Below the pieces are notes generated by a model. The model did not search any database, was not told the origin of the DNA, and worked only from the letters and a program-made list of their open reading frames with translations. A program made the translations under genes and the position numbers. This document shows positions 1-13,020 of a DNA stretch of 64,000 nucleotides, one piece after another. Position 1 is the stretch's first letter. The number at the start of each line of letters is the position of its first letter. The stretch lies in the NCBI GenBank assembly GCA_964252035.1, contig OZ176204.1, one strand, 5' to 3'. Origin of the DNA: Podarcis erhardii. Taxonomy: Eukaryota.

Positions 1-10
1 CAGCTAGAAA

Positions 11-62
11 GGTGGTAGGGATATATGGGACACGCTGGTGGTAGGGATATATGGGACACGCT
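11..62. repeat. Perfect 26-bp tandem duplication
   Basis: ggtggtagggatatatgggacacgct occurs twice in tandem. Confidence 0.9.
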
Positions 63-746
63 GACTAAAGGAAGTTCCTCACTGAGGAGGCCCAATAGCC
101 AGACAGCGGGCAGCTGTCAGAGGGCCAGTAGCTAAGCTAAGAGAACACCTGCCCTGGATGGATTTCAGATGCTGGATCAGAGGTATCACAGCATGGTGAT
201 GTATTTCGTTCCAGCAGTGCACTCTAGATGGATTGCAGCCTGTCCTGGTCCAATACCCATCCACTTGCCTAATGAGGACCTTTATAGAGACCACAGCGTG
301 TTTACAGCAAGGGATGGTGGACTGTACTGGCCCAGGGTTGCCACAAAAGAAAATGCATCACAGTGGTCCAGGAATAAGTTGCAGGGCATATCCCGGTAAG
401 TTGGAAAGGAGATTTATGCGAGTAACAGCTTCTTGGCTAGATTGCCACATAGCCCATCTCACTCTTGGCTTCTTGGTTGTTCCTTTTGGTAATTCTCATG
501 TTTTTCTTAAAACAAAAAATGCTAGGAAAATTTTGGCTTTTTTTAAAAAAGAGGGCATCTTTCTGTGAAGCCTGGAAATGCAGATAACGCATCTTCTTCA
601 CTTTCCTCGACCCACACCATTAATCTTAATTAATGAGTACTGCTCATATTTTGGTCTCTGCTGTACTGCTAAAACGCCAGCCAAATTGATTCAAGGCCTT
701 AACCCAGTCTACGATACCACCGTGGAGAAACTGAACTGTTCCATGG

Positions 747-765
747 TGGCCAACAGGTGGCGTGG
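747..765 (+). promoter_or_regulatory. Candidate CTCF site
   Basis: TGGCCAACAGGTGGCGTGG is close to the CTCF consensus TGGCCASCAGRKGGCRSY. Motif match only. Confidence 0.35.
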
Positions 766-3700
766 GGGAGCCATGCCTCTATAGAGTTTAACACCCCCCC
801 TCCATCAGTACTTCCATGGCTGCTGTTGCTCCTTTGCCTCTCCTCCCCGACATCAAATAATTTCCTTAATTACAATACCTGTATTCAGCACTGGCAGAGC
901 TGGCTCAGGATGACATGGGCTGCTCCAGTCAATATGTCCTTCTCTGTTCTTGCCCATTTTCTTTGCAAGAGGAATCTGGAGTTTGTACATCTCCCCACAG
1001 AGCTGGGGCAGAGGAAGTAAACAGTTCATTCATTTTATTAAAGATTTGTGAAACATCCCCAAGCCACACCCATTTGGAGGAGCTTGCATTCCACGTAATT
1101 ATTGAGCACTATCATGTGCGAAGCAAAAGGAAGGGGACAAGACTAATTAGAGTTTCCCCTTTTCCCCTTCCTGAGGTGCTTTATTTCCCAAAGAGCATAA
1201 GAAAGCTACAGACCTTTGGAGACCTGGAGCTGATGGCATGTTCTCATTGTGCCCTGCGATGGATGTGGAGATTCATTTCCCTGAAGCAAATGCCACCTGA
1301 AATTCTTCCAAGGGAGTGTGGGCAGCCTGTGCTCATCAGGGAAATGGGCTGCTTGAAATACCTTTGGTCAGGGATAAGGGGTTTTTTTGTGGGGGGGGGT
1401 TGCCCTCTGGCCCTGCACTTGACAGTCCAGAGGGGCACAGAGAGAGTGATAGCCCCAGCCTTGGGACTTGTGGGTTGCTGTCCATAAGCAATTCAGAAAG
1501 TGCCCTTTTCTTAGTACCAAGCAGGAACCACAAGTGTGAGCTGGCAGAGAAAGTGGGAAGCTGATTGACAGGGCTGATCTGCAGGGAAAGGATGCAGATT
1601 TTGGGGGGCCATTCACGAACAGCTAACTGTTGATTATTTCATTTATTATTAGAGTTTTGCTATCCTGGTTGAGGAGAGAGCTGCCACATTGATGTGCTCA
1701 AACTTTATGGGACCATCTTCCTGTTCTGTTTTCTCCAAGAGACTGGGTAGAAAAGGAGCCTGGAAGCAATTTTGCTCAGCCTTTTTTGCAGAGAGTGCCA
1801 GGTCCTCAGGTCTCAGTTATGTTTTTCAGGGTACTCCAGATATCCTGTGCCTAATAGGAGTGGGGTCTCTGCAAGTTACAGGAGCCCTCAGTGGCACCAC
1901 AATGCAAGACTGTATAACACAAATACAGAATGGCAAAAAGAAGGTATCGGGAACATGTGTGAATGTGCAAGAGTTGCATTAAGCCTGCTGTAGCAAGGAA
2001 GGGAGTTGCCAGAATATGTGCATATCACAGCTCCTCTAGAAATGCCTGGATCTCAAATTATCAGCATCCTCCCCCGCTTTTTTAAAAGTAAGCTTTCTGT
2101 GAAGGGTGCTGCCTTCCCCGTGCAGAGAGAGAAGGCAAACACGGGGGGGGGGGGAGAGAAACTGACTAGGGAAAACTTGAGAAATATCATTGTTAATTTC
2201 ATCTGATAGATGGAGTGTCACACAGAGAGCAGCTGACACCAGATTGACAGCAGTCTGTCTGGAGGGCGCACACATGGGAGACTGAGGTGAGTGCCATTTA
2301 TCAAATGAACAGATCAATCGGGATTATAGTATTTATTTCCTGTGATTAATATTTGAACTCCAATTCATCTTGCTTGAGAGTTCCAGTCTCCAATGATTCA
2401 CTTTAAAGAAAAAGAAAAAGTCCGCACTGGAATTTCCCAGGCAATTGCAGATAGAAGAAGCAAAGGTACCAAATTGCCTCACCCCAAAAGGGATTCATAA
2501 TGGCAGAATTCAGTAACCAGTTTTGCTAGTGGAAGCCCATGCCCATAGAAGGACTACTAGTGTAGTGGGGCTACCTACTCCCCAAAATTGGCTCAGGGAG
2601 GTCAGGAGAACCTCCAGACTTGCACATGGGGATGAGAAGCTTGCTCTGACAGAACACTTTTTCAAAACCAGCTGATTTCCCTATCCTTCCCTGACTTAAC
2701 CCCAAGCCCCAAAGGGCAGCCCAGGTAAGATGGTCTTACAAGGGCCCAGAGTCTGCAGGAAGGGCAATCCATTGCTGCTGCTTCTAGGTCCTTTATGCTC
2801 CTAGAGGTGTCTCTCCCCATGAGAGTTTTACTGGCCTTGGCAAGTGCTCTCTGTCCTACTCCTCCCCATTCCCTTTCCCTGGAACTTTCTTGCATATAGA
2901 GTCTCTGGAGAAAACACTATCTTGGCACCTTTCTCACCATGTTCAAGGCAAAGGAGAAATATGCCTAGTATTCTCACACCCCTAGGACCAATCAAAGGAA
3001 GACCGCTGGCTATTCCACATTTTCTCATTCAAAAAGCCTGGGTGGCTTAGGCTACCTTGACTCCAGGTTGTCCTCTGAAGAGCAGTAACACCTCCTCCAG
3101 CTCCCTATGTTGCAGAGCAGGTGGTACCCACACAGAGACCCAGGAGCCAGGAAGGAGATCACCTCTTGCTCTTGTGGCTCCCAGCGCCCTTCTCCTGCTT
3201 TCCCTCCCCCCCTTCTTGAGCTCTTGCCTTGATAGAAAATCTCTTTCTAATCATTTCTCCTGCTTGCATGCGGCCCTCCCTCCTCCCTCTCCTCCACCCC
3301 CATTCACTCCGATGGTGAGTGGGAGGGTTATTAATTTGAGGTTTTCCTTGCTCGTGCTCTAAATACCGAATACAGCGTTCAGCATTCCCACAGCAAATGA
3401 GACACACATTTCGCTTAGGAGGCAGTGGGAGAAAATGATGCAGCTCCTTCCACAAATTAATTGCTGAAGAGAAAGAGAAAGAGAGAGAAATGGGGAGGCA
3501 ATCCGACTCTGATTCAACTTGTTTGCAAAGTTGAAGCAAGAGGGGGACAAGAAAAAGCTCTTGCCTGTGCTCACAGGGGGAAATCAGTGACGTGGTAGGA
3601 GTGGGTCAGCAGAGTTATTTGGAAGGCACCACAAGACCAGAGGGCAAGGGCATGTCAGAATAGAGTGGCCGTCACTGACATGGTGAGAACTCCGAAGGTA

Positions 3701-4806
3701 TTGTAAGTAGATAGATAGATATAGATAGATATATAGGCTCAGAGGATGTCCATGACTGTTCCGTAACAGGGCTGCACACTAGGAACAAAGCAGTTGCCTT
3801 TCTCTTGGAGCCAAGAAGGGGGGAAACTGATCAATAAGCCATTGAGCTAATCCCACTGGCACAAGAAAGGGAACACTCACAGTAAGACAGATTCCTTTGC
3901 CCTGAAGTACCAGGGCAAATCAAGAGAGGCTGTGGTTCATGTCCCCTTGGTGCAAGTTGCCGTATGCAAAAATGGCAAAAGCTAGGCTTGCCATATATCA
4001 AAAACTAAAAACCAGGATATCCTGAATGTTGTTGAGCTGGTTTATTTTTAAATAAAACCACTGAACTTGTTGGGATTTTTTTTACACAAACCCCAAGGTT
4101 GTTTAGCCTTTTTATTTTACAAAAACACACACAAAAAAAGAATTTTTTTTTCAATTGACTTGCCAAAGATCCAAAGTGCTGCCTTTGGGAAATCCCCCCC
4201 CCCCATGTCAATTCTGCCTTTGAAGTCCCAGTAATGTCCAGGGAAACCCAGACGTATGGGAGCTCAACAAAAGCTTCCATTTTATTTGGAAGGCAGAAGG
4301 CTGCCTTTTCTCTTCTAGGGATGCTGCTAGCCCTGCCAATTTCCCCCTGCAGCAAAGAGCACATGCTGAGCCCACACCTTTAGGAGATCTGTCAGAAGTG
4401 GTAAAGATTCATTAGGATCATAGAGGCCATACCAAATCCAATTTGGTTTATTTAAAAAATGTATGGAGTTGGTAAGGATGAAGGAATCAATACTGATTTG
4501 AAATAATATAAAAACACAAATTCTAACCTATGACTAAATGCACTTTCAATATATATTTCACTTTTTACTTTAAAGGCTTGCATCTTAGCAGTGTTTCATG
4601 GTTCAAGGGTACAATAGCTTTGTAAACAAGCATTTTGGTTTCCCTACGAATGTCCCGGTCCTCAAACACACTGCACTTCAACAGGGAGAAAGCCGCACTT
4701 GTAGAGCTCAGGCGATGCTGGATTTCTGCATCAATGTCAGCCCTTGTAGAAAGATAACTGCCCAGGTAGATTCAAGTGATTCAAGGGCAAGGATATACTG
4801 TAACTA

Positions 4807-5142
4807 AAGGTAAAGGTAAAGGGATCCCTGACCATTAGGTCCAGTCGTGGCCGACTCTGGGGTTGCGGCGCTCATCTCACTTTATTGGCTGAGGGAGCCG
4901 GCATACAGCTTCCGGATCATGTGGCCAGCATGACTAAGCCGCTTCTGGTGAACCAGAGCAGCACGCAGAAATGCCGTTTACCTTCCTGCTAGAGCGCTTT
5001 GACATGCTTTTGAACTGCTAGGTTGGCAGGAGCAGGGACCAAGCAACGGGAGCTCACCCCGTCGCGGGGATTCGAACCACCAACCTTCTGATCGGCAAGT
5101 CCTCGGCTCTGTGGTTTAACCCACAGCGCCACCCACATCCCT
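4807..5142 (-). mobile_element. Near full-length Sauria SINE (Squam1/POM-type)
   Basis: tRNA-like head on the minus strand with B-box GGTTCGAATCC, an (ACCTTT)n tail (aaggtaaaggtaaagg on +) and a perfect 13-bp TSD tatactgtaacta at 4794-4806 and 5143-5155. Confidence 0.93.
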
Positions 5143-5624
5143 TATACTGTAACTATACCTCACCAAATTCCCAAATCTGATACAATAGCTGTTTTTCTCT
5201 TTTTTATAGTACAGTACAGTACAGTACAGTACTCCTATCTCCAGAATGACATTCTCTCTCTATCCCACCACAATTGTTTTTTTTTTTGTTTTTTTTTAAT
5301 GCCAAAATGTACACTTTATCTAGCCTGGCTTTTTAGCTGTTACAAAGAGGAACAATTTCCTTTGATAGTCTATCAAATAGCCTGTGGTATTTCTCTTGAA
5401 AGGTGTCAAACAAAGAGGAAATCTCTGCCAGAGTCCAATCCACAGCCCATCTTTCAGCTAATGTGAATAGAAAAGTGTGGTGAGGGGGCCAGCTACCAAT
5501 TACAAGCACACCAAGATCTCTAATGTGATGATGGTACAGTGGGGTACATAGTGCAAAGAGAAATTCTGTTTTCTACTCAGTCCATAGAGAGTTCCAAAAA
5601 CATGTATGTGCCAGTTACTTTTAA

Positions 5625-5700
5625 GAACATAAGGAGAGCCTGCTGGATCAGACCAGTGGCGCCTCTAGTTCAGCATCCTGCTCTGGCCATCGCCAAAAAT
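5625..5700 (-). mobile_element. CR1 LINE 3' end fragment
   Basis: aagaacataaggagagcctgctggatcagacc...ctagttcagcatcctg matches the reverse complement of a CR1 3' end with a (TTCTTATG) tail. Related to 6594 and 31845. Confidence 0.7.
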
Positions 5701-6593
5701 GTTGAAATTTATCTTCCCTCCCTCTTTTGATTTGTTCATGAGTTGTAAGATCTAAGTGGTTTCCCACTTTTCTGCAGAGCTTTTTTTTAAGAGAGTGAAC
5801 TACATTGCTTTACTTAGTTTGAATTTCTAATATGCTGCTGTGGCCCCTTAGGAGTTACAGTGCTGGATGTTAAGCTCCTGCCTGTCTAATATTAGACTTG
5901 TAGGTGCATTTTACTTTTGTGTATTGTGCAGCTTGTTTCATTTTCTCTTACGCTTCCCACCTTCTCTTTAATAAACTTGGAACTCGTTCTAGTTAGACAC
6001 AGAGTATTACATAATGAAGGCAGATTCGCAGGCATTGAAGACAGCTTCCAGATTTTAAACCTTTGTGACACCTGGCTGAAATTAAACTCTGCATATATTC
6101 AGGGGACTGGTGCTGAGTCCTGGCACTGAACTCAAAACCACAGGTTCTTGTTCCCAGTGAGAGCTTTCCTGTCATTGCAGATAGCAGGTGTGGAATCATT
6201 CCATTCAGATTGGGTCCAGGGTGGGGGCAAAAGCTTGAAGCCTCCCTCCTCCACACCAGCTATTTTTATTTTTTTTTAAGCCCATGGCAAAATAATGTCA
6301 CATCAAGTTTGGCTCTCAGCCTTAATCCCCCACTGCAATATGAGGATAAAACCACTCACTTTTGGGGGGTTTTCTTCTTCTAAAAGGTCTACATATATGT
6401 GAAACGCTTTGCAGACAGTGAAATATTCTGCCAATGCTACTGTTGTTATTATTATTGACCCAAGTTGTTTCCATACAATCATAGAATTTTATCATCTCCA
6501 ATAGAATATCATTTCCATCCTATCAATGCAGCCCACACTGGTCACAGAGGACAGAACTGCACCTTATAAACAACCTGTGTTGATCCCGGAGTC

Positions 6594-6950
6594 CATAAGA
6601 ACATGAGTAGCCTTGTTGGATCAACCCAAAAGCTTATCTAGTCCAGTGTGCTGTTTCCACACAGCAGTCAACCAGATGTCCACAAGCAGGACACAAGGGC
6701 AGTAGCTCTCTCCGTCTCCATGTTGCCTCTCATCCTGGAGGTATTAGACAACCATTGTGACTCTCAGCCATTGATAGCCCTGTCCACCATGAATTTATCT
6801 AATCCCGTGTTAAAGCTATACAAATTGGCGGCTGTAACCAGAGTCTTGTAGTCCTCTTGTCTGTCTTGAATGGCCTACCATTCAGTTTCATTAGGTGACT
6901 CTGGGGCTCTAGTATTATGAAAGAGGGAGGAAAAGCTTCTCTCTAGCCAC
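6594..6950 (-). mobile_element. Old CR1 LINE 3' fragment
   Basis: cataagaacat...ttggatca...tctagtccag...agccattgatagccctgtccaccatgaatttatctaatcc is CR1 3' UTR-like. Confidence 0.7.
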
Positions 6951-9299
6951 CACTTGCTGGAGGAGATATTATAGTCCCATTCTGTTCAGCCCTCAAAAGC
7001 TGGGGGAAATCTTGGGATTAAGCAGCTGGCTGTTGGCCTGGGGCTCTGTGGGAGGGGTTGATTTATGGACTGTGAGGGGAAGAGATGACTGCCATCCTCT
7101 GTTGTCTTCCATCCTTTGGTTGGTTGGTTGGTTTGTAAGCAGAGTGTAAAACCTGAGCCCAGGAAAAGGGGATGGAGTGTGTGTGTCAGCTAGGTGGTCA
7201 CAGCCAGAGTCAAATAAGGGCAAATTAAAAACAAATGTAAGAAACAATGAATAACGTAAGTGGTTCCAGATGGATATCGCCTCTCAGGGTCTGCCAACAG
7301 GACACATGATGTCAGGTTAAATAATCAGTGCCAAAAACTCTTCTGGCCAAGGTTATTTTTCTCAATTGCTGTCAAATAAGAGTTAATCAAAGCTTTTTGG
7401 GTAATTGCTCCCTGGCTCAGGGAGATGCCCAGGCAAGCTCTACATAGGTAACTATAAGTATACCTCATAGAACTTCCCAGAAAGCAGCTCTGTGAGCAGA
7501 AGGAAGGCAAAAAGTGTTCTGGCACCCTATAGACTAGAACCATGTTGATTTAATGGGGCATGAGGTGTATAGGCAAGTCTGCAGCAGATATGAGATGGGC
7601 AGTATACATGTGAGATGAGAAAAGTAAATTATAGAGCACAGAAGTAAAACAAAAAACAGCACAATTTGATTACTAGATACAACACTCAACTTTCTGTGGC
7701 ATGAGCAACTCTCATGGATGCAGCCTCTTCACCTGCTAAGGTGCCACCATGGCTTTTGGAGAAGAATCGTGGGTGCTAAGGTGGAAACAGGAGCTCAGTG
7801 CTTCTCAAGAGCTGCTTCTCAGACGTTCTCTCTGAACCAGTTGTGGGACCTAAGGAATCAGACTTTGTGCTCTTCTGATGAATCAAGGATGTAGTTAAAA
7901 CCAGAGTCGAGTGCCTCTTGAAAGGAAATACCTTAGAGAGAGACTGTCTGGGAGCATCTTCTCAGAGGTTACAAACTTCTACAAAAGCCACCACAGATCA
8001 AGCACCTGACATCATCTAAAAACTTAATACTTTTCAATAGAGTAGGTTCATATATTTAGAACTGGAATCCTGTGACAGTGACAGACTGCACCATTTCATA
8101 CTGTGGGTGTGGTGGGGGGGGGTGCATGTGTGAACTGGCCCCCCCAGGAATAATTCATTCTTCCTGGCACCAAAAAAAAAAGCACATACCCATTTGCGTA
8201 CACCTTCCATTTGGTTTGTTGGAGATGGTAGTTTTTACTTGTTCTGGTTGTTAATTGTTCTGTGCGCAAAACCAACTCTTCCTCTCTGCATTTCTTTCAG
8301 TTTGTTACAAGATCAATAGAAGGGCGTGTACCATGCATACATTTGAATTTAAGAAATAAAGACCATTTTTTAAGACGACAGAATCATTCCTGTTTAGTGA
8401 CTTCTTTGCAGGACGTAAAGCTGCTTTGAGTCATACCTGCATTGTCTGAAATAGCTTTCACCTCAATGCTAAACCTCCAGTGGCTACTTGATTTACTCTG
8501 GCCTGGAGCATTTCACAAAGGCTTAGACACAAAAAGAATGGATTCCAACAGCCTTGATGTATTAGCAAACCTAGCCAAAATAGATACAGCATGCAGTTAT
8601 ATACATCTTCCATCACTTGTTGCTGTTGTTTGGCTGTATTAAAACAAAAGCAGCTGTGGAAGAGTGCTTATTCAAATGCTGGTACAGATCAGATAACAAA
8701 TCCATCACATACACCTCAATAATAGACCAGCATATTTTACAAGAGCATTATGTTCAAAGCTTGCAGCTGGAAGGCTAGAAGCAATTGGGTTGCTTGTTGT
8801 GCACTTAGAAGGCCTTTAAAATCACCTGGATATAAAAGCAGGCTGTGGGGAATGGCAGCAGGAGATACAGTCTCACTGCAGTGTTTGAGGCTAGTGGGAA
8901 ACTTATGAGACCATATTCATAGTAACCCTTCAGGACCAAAACGCTGGGACTTTGTAAATCAAGAGGCCAAATGAAGAACATTGATATCAAGTCCTTTCAG
9001 TCCTGCTAGGAAGAAAGCCTGGTGTTGTATCTGTGTTAGAATGAGAGCACTATGCCCTCACCATTGCAACACAACACCTCACCTCCCCTCCCAGCTACAA
9101 TGGCAGGCTGGTCTTAGTGATCTATCTCAGGGATGCAATTTAACAGCTCATTAAGCAAAGACAGAGCATTGATCACCATTATTAAGCACACCTTTAGCTA
9201 ATTGCAGATTTCCATTCTTATGGCTTAACTATGTGGGAAAAGTCAAGCACAGGATATTAAATCACCATGATCTAAATCCTGGACAGTTGATGTTCCTTT

Positions 9300-9432
9300 T
9301 TTATTTTACCATAATTAATTTTTCATTTTTTAAATGTGGGGAATATTGTTGTGTTTTATATTGTAAACTGCCCTGTGATCTTCAGATAAATAGCAGTATA
9401 CATATTTAATAAACAACAATAAACAACAATAA
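9300..9432 (+). mobile_element. L2 LINE 3' terminus
   Basis: tgtaaactgccctgtgatcttcagat...gcagtatacatatttaataaacaacaat resembles an L2 terminal stem-loop plus tail. Confidence 0.6.
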
Positions 9433-10386
9433 TACCCGGTTTGATTTTAACCTAAAGCCTTGCTACCTATGAGCAAGATTGGCATCCCATTCTGCAAGGA
9501 AGGCCACAGCCACCTCCGCAATTCAGGAAGCATTTCAAGAATGGAGGTTCATTTCCTGTCCTCTGCTTCTATATTACTTGGTATAATAATCTTTAAGGCT
9601 GGATAGGTGAGTTTTAAAAACTCTGCTAAGTATGAATGGCAGTGTATAGATTACATGTCAGTTTCATGGACAGAAACTCCATGTTTGCTGGCAAATATTG
9701 CAGCCTATCGGGGATTTAAAATGTGGCAAGATGGTGATAGCAAATGTTTTGAGTTTCCAAATCAGCAAGGGAGCTGGGTAGTATAGGGCTGATCTTGTGT
9801 AACTTTGGCATGTGGGAGATCTGGGATTAGGATTACAGTATGTGTTAAGGAGAAGGAGAAAACTAAATAAGCACCCTCATGTGGCTACTCTGGACAGGGT
9901 TTTAGTCTTTTCCCTTATGTAAATCCCTCCCCCCCCCCCCGCCTTGTTATTATCTCCATAAGTAGTGAGGCATTGGGGCGGGGGAAGGAAAAGGTGCAGA
10001 TGGTGTTCCTGACTTTTAAAATAGTTTGGGGCAGGGTGTGGGGGAAATTACATCAGGAGATGGATGTTTGGAGGAAAAGGTTAAACAACCCAGAGTGTGT
10101 GGGGGCCCAGAGCGCGCACACACACACACTCAATCTTCAAAGCAGCTGATAAAAATGTCCCCCAAACCTTGGGAGATCCTAAACATGGACCAGATAGGAA
10201 TGTCAAGTGTAAAAAGGCAAAACTTTCCATTTCAGATGTCATTATTTCTAGAGGCATTTGCACCCCGTCTCCACTCACTTTCGAAAGGGAAAGAGGGAAA
10301 TGAAGACTGTGTGTTTCATCCTCACAAACATGCTCTTCCCTCCACTAGCAGCAGATGTATGGAAGTATCTAGGGACAGTTCTTCTT

Positions 10387-10410
10387 GGGGGCGGGAGTGG
10401 GGGAGCGGGG
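10387..10410 (+). other. Canonical G-quadruplex motif
   Basis: GGGGG-C-GGG-AGT-GGGGG-AGC-GGGG: four G-tracts with loops of 1-3 nt. Confidence 0.6.
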
Positions 10411-12176
10411 AGAGGAAGCCAGTCTGGGAATGCTGGCATTGAAGAGGACAGTGCTCTCCAGCCTCCTCCAGCCCCAGCTGGTGCTTGTCACCAGAGCGTT
10501 GGCTCTCCCGGGGCGCAACTTAAACCTAACAGCTTGGAGGTCCCAGGCCCCCTCCAGCACAGCAAGAGCCTCAGAGCCAATGCACTTGTAAGCTGATGCA
10601 GCAGAAATTAAATGAGCAAATGTGGCTGGGGCCTTCCCCAGCCTGCAGTTCATTACACACTCACAGCCCTGAGGCCCAGCGTGAGGGAAGCGTGAGTGGA
10701 GGGGGCCATGCCGAAGTCAGACAGCTTGGCTAATTAACCACTAATTACCTAGGTGAGTAAGGAGGCTCTGCGCAACAGAAGAGAGTGAGGGGGGAAATGT
10801 CTGAGGAGACGGGGAGCCATTGTACTTTCCCAGCAGGGGCTGCTGGAAGACCAGGGATGAGAGGTTAAGCATAAGGCAAAGGGTGGTGAAGTGCTGGCAC
10901 CTAGGGGGGTGCAGTTCATGGGGCAGCGGAAGAGCTGTGGCCAGAGGAAGCGCTCCTTTGCTCCACTTCCAAGGCCCCGATTTCTTCCCAGATCTGTGCC
11001 CAGCTCATTTAATCTAGTCAATTGGATTCACTTCCCATCCGCTTAATTCAATTAGTCTGAGAGGGGCAAAGGAGAAGGAGCCTGAACCAGGCTGCACTTC
11101 ATCAGCAACTAGGTAGATCAGAAAGGAAGGGAAGCATTTAAGGGAAATGAATCGAAGGCCTGAGGTGGCACAACTCTGCCCAGAATGATTAGCAAGGTAG
11201 GGTGAGAAACGCATCTGTCTTTGTCTCCAGAATGGCCTGGGCTTGAATTTTTCTCTAAGACTGAGAGACCAGTGTAAACCATTTGAAACAGGGCACATTT
11301 TTATCAACAAAACGGAGCGCCTGAATTAATTCTCTAGTAATGATTTTCCCAATGTTGCATATGCAGGCTCTGCAAAGGGGGAAGGGGGGTTGGTGCAAAA
11401 GAATCCCCACAACAGCACTATGTACATTTACTAGGGAGTAAGTCCCACTGAAATGAGTGGGGCCAACATGTGTAAATATGCATAGATGTGGAATGCACAT
11501 CAGCAGAAGCAACAGGAATCATCTTCTGTATGGAGACAAGAGTCAAATGAGCCGCCCCCCCAGCTGTGCCACTTCCCAACCCCACAAAAGGTGTATCAAT
11601 GCAGCTTGCTAACCAGAAGTATGAAAAATGCTTTGCTGGAAGCTACCGTAATAGTTCAACAAGAGCCAAAGGCTGCAGGGAGATGGAACATGGCTCTACA
11701 TTGTTGCCATGTTGTGAAGTGCAATCTTGCACACCCCCTTTGAGGAACTGGCCACCTGTGAATCGGGGACACAGAGAGTTCTGAGCTAAGGCTGGCAGTC
11801 TTGTTTTATGCCAACACGGTGAAATGTGTTATGCCACATGGCAGCTTGCAGCTAGACAACAGGGTGCTTTAAGGCAGGAAATGTGAATACAAAACTGCAA
11901 AAGTGCCAGGCTGACCCCAGATGGATCTCCATGCTAGAGGCCCACCATCCATCATGGTCCTTATGCACCAAGTGCTGCTTTATGTGTGGGTGTGTTTTCC
12001 TGCAGACAAGGCAGGGCAGCAAGTCACTGTGTTGAAGGGTGTCATGTTATCCATGCTTTCACGCCATATGGTTCAGCTATACCACTTGGCCGACCCCCAG
12101 TGCTGCAGCTGGCTCCAAAACCAGCAAATATCACAGAGGCAAAGCAAGCACACCATAAACAAAAACAGATAAGGTC

Positions 12177-12250
12177 TAAGAGTGGCTGGTGAAACCCAGC
12201 CAGATGGGCAGGGTATAAATAATTTGTTGTTGTTGTTGTTGTTGTTGTTT
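12177..12250 (+). mobile_element. L2 LINE 3' terminus with (GTT)n microsatellite
   Basis: agagtggctggtgaaacccagccagatgggcagggtataaataat resembles the 3' end of the L2 at 51571 in the opposite orientation. Confidence 0.7.
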
Positions 12251-12886
12251 TGAGAGACCTCCGCCAGAAGAAAATCCTCAGACTCCCCATCCACTCTGAA
12301 AAACGGAACAGGTCCATGTGCTTTTGGCACACCTCAACAACACAGAAGCAAAACCTTAGATGCAAACACTGTTGAAACTGGGTTGGCTCAAAGTACCCTA
12401 GGACAAAGTGCTCTGTTCCTTTGATGCAGGCGAGATGCTCTGCTTAGATCAAAGGGCTAACATTTTTCCGCAGGGCATAGAAATTTCATATATAATTATT
12501 TGTCATGCTGTACAACTGGAATCAGATGTGCCTTTAATAGTTTACATGGGACATTCCTTCCTTTCATGTCACATGACTTGCTTGATCATGGCAGGTTTAA
12601 GATCTTGCCCTGCTGCCAGTCTAAATATTTGCTAGGCATCTACACCCCATTCTAGATATAGGATTCAAGAGCCAGCAATTGACTCTTTTGCATAGAATTG
12701 CTTTGGCTGTTGAATTCAAAAGCCATTGGACTCAACAAAATAGTCCTCAGTATCGATCATGTTCTCTCCCCCATGCACAGGTATAAACTTCCCACAGCCT
12801 CCTCGTCCCTAAAGAAGGAAGTCTAGCTCTGGCCTTGATGCAAAATTCACCCTAAAAAGCATCTACTTGAGAAGGAACTCGTAAGG

Positions 12887-13020
12887 CAAGGATGGAGAAC
12901 CTGTGGTCCTCCAGGCGTTGTTGGACTCCAACTCCCATCATCACCAGCCAGCATGACCAATGCTCAAGGATGTCAGGTTGTAATCCAACAATATCTGGAG
13001 GGCCACAGGTTACCTATCCT
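12887..13020. mobile_element. hAT-type MITE (diverged)
   Basis: Quasi-palindrome ggatggagaacctgtggtcctccag...ctggagggccacaggttacctatcc, related to 16886 and 36137. Confidence 0.75.

Noticed and set aside
915-1487. 190-aa + strand ORF
   Set aside because: No recognisable domain, composition typical of random sequence, and no exon structure.
7745-7837. Perfect Kozak GCCACCATGG opening a 28-codon ORF
   Set aside because: Short, with no promoter or splice support. Expected by chance in 64 kb.
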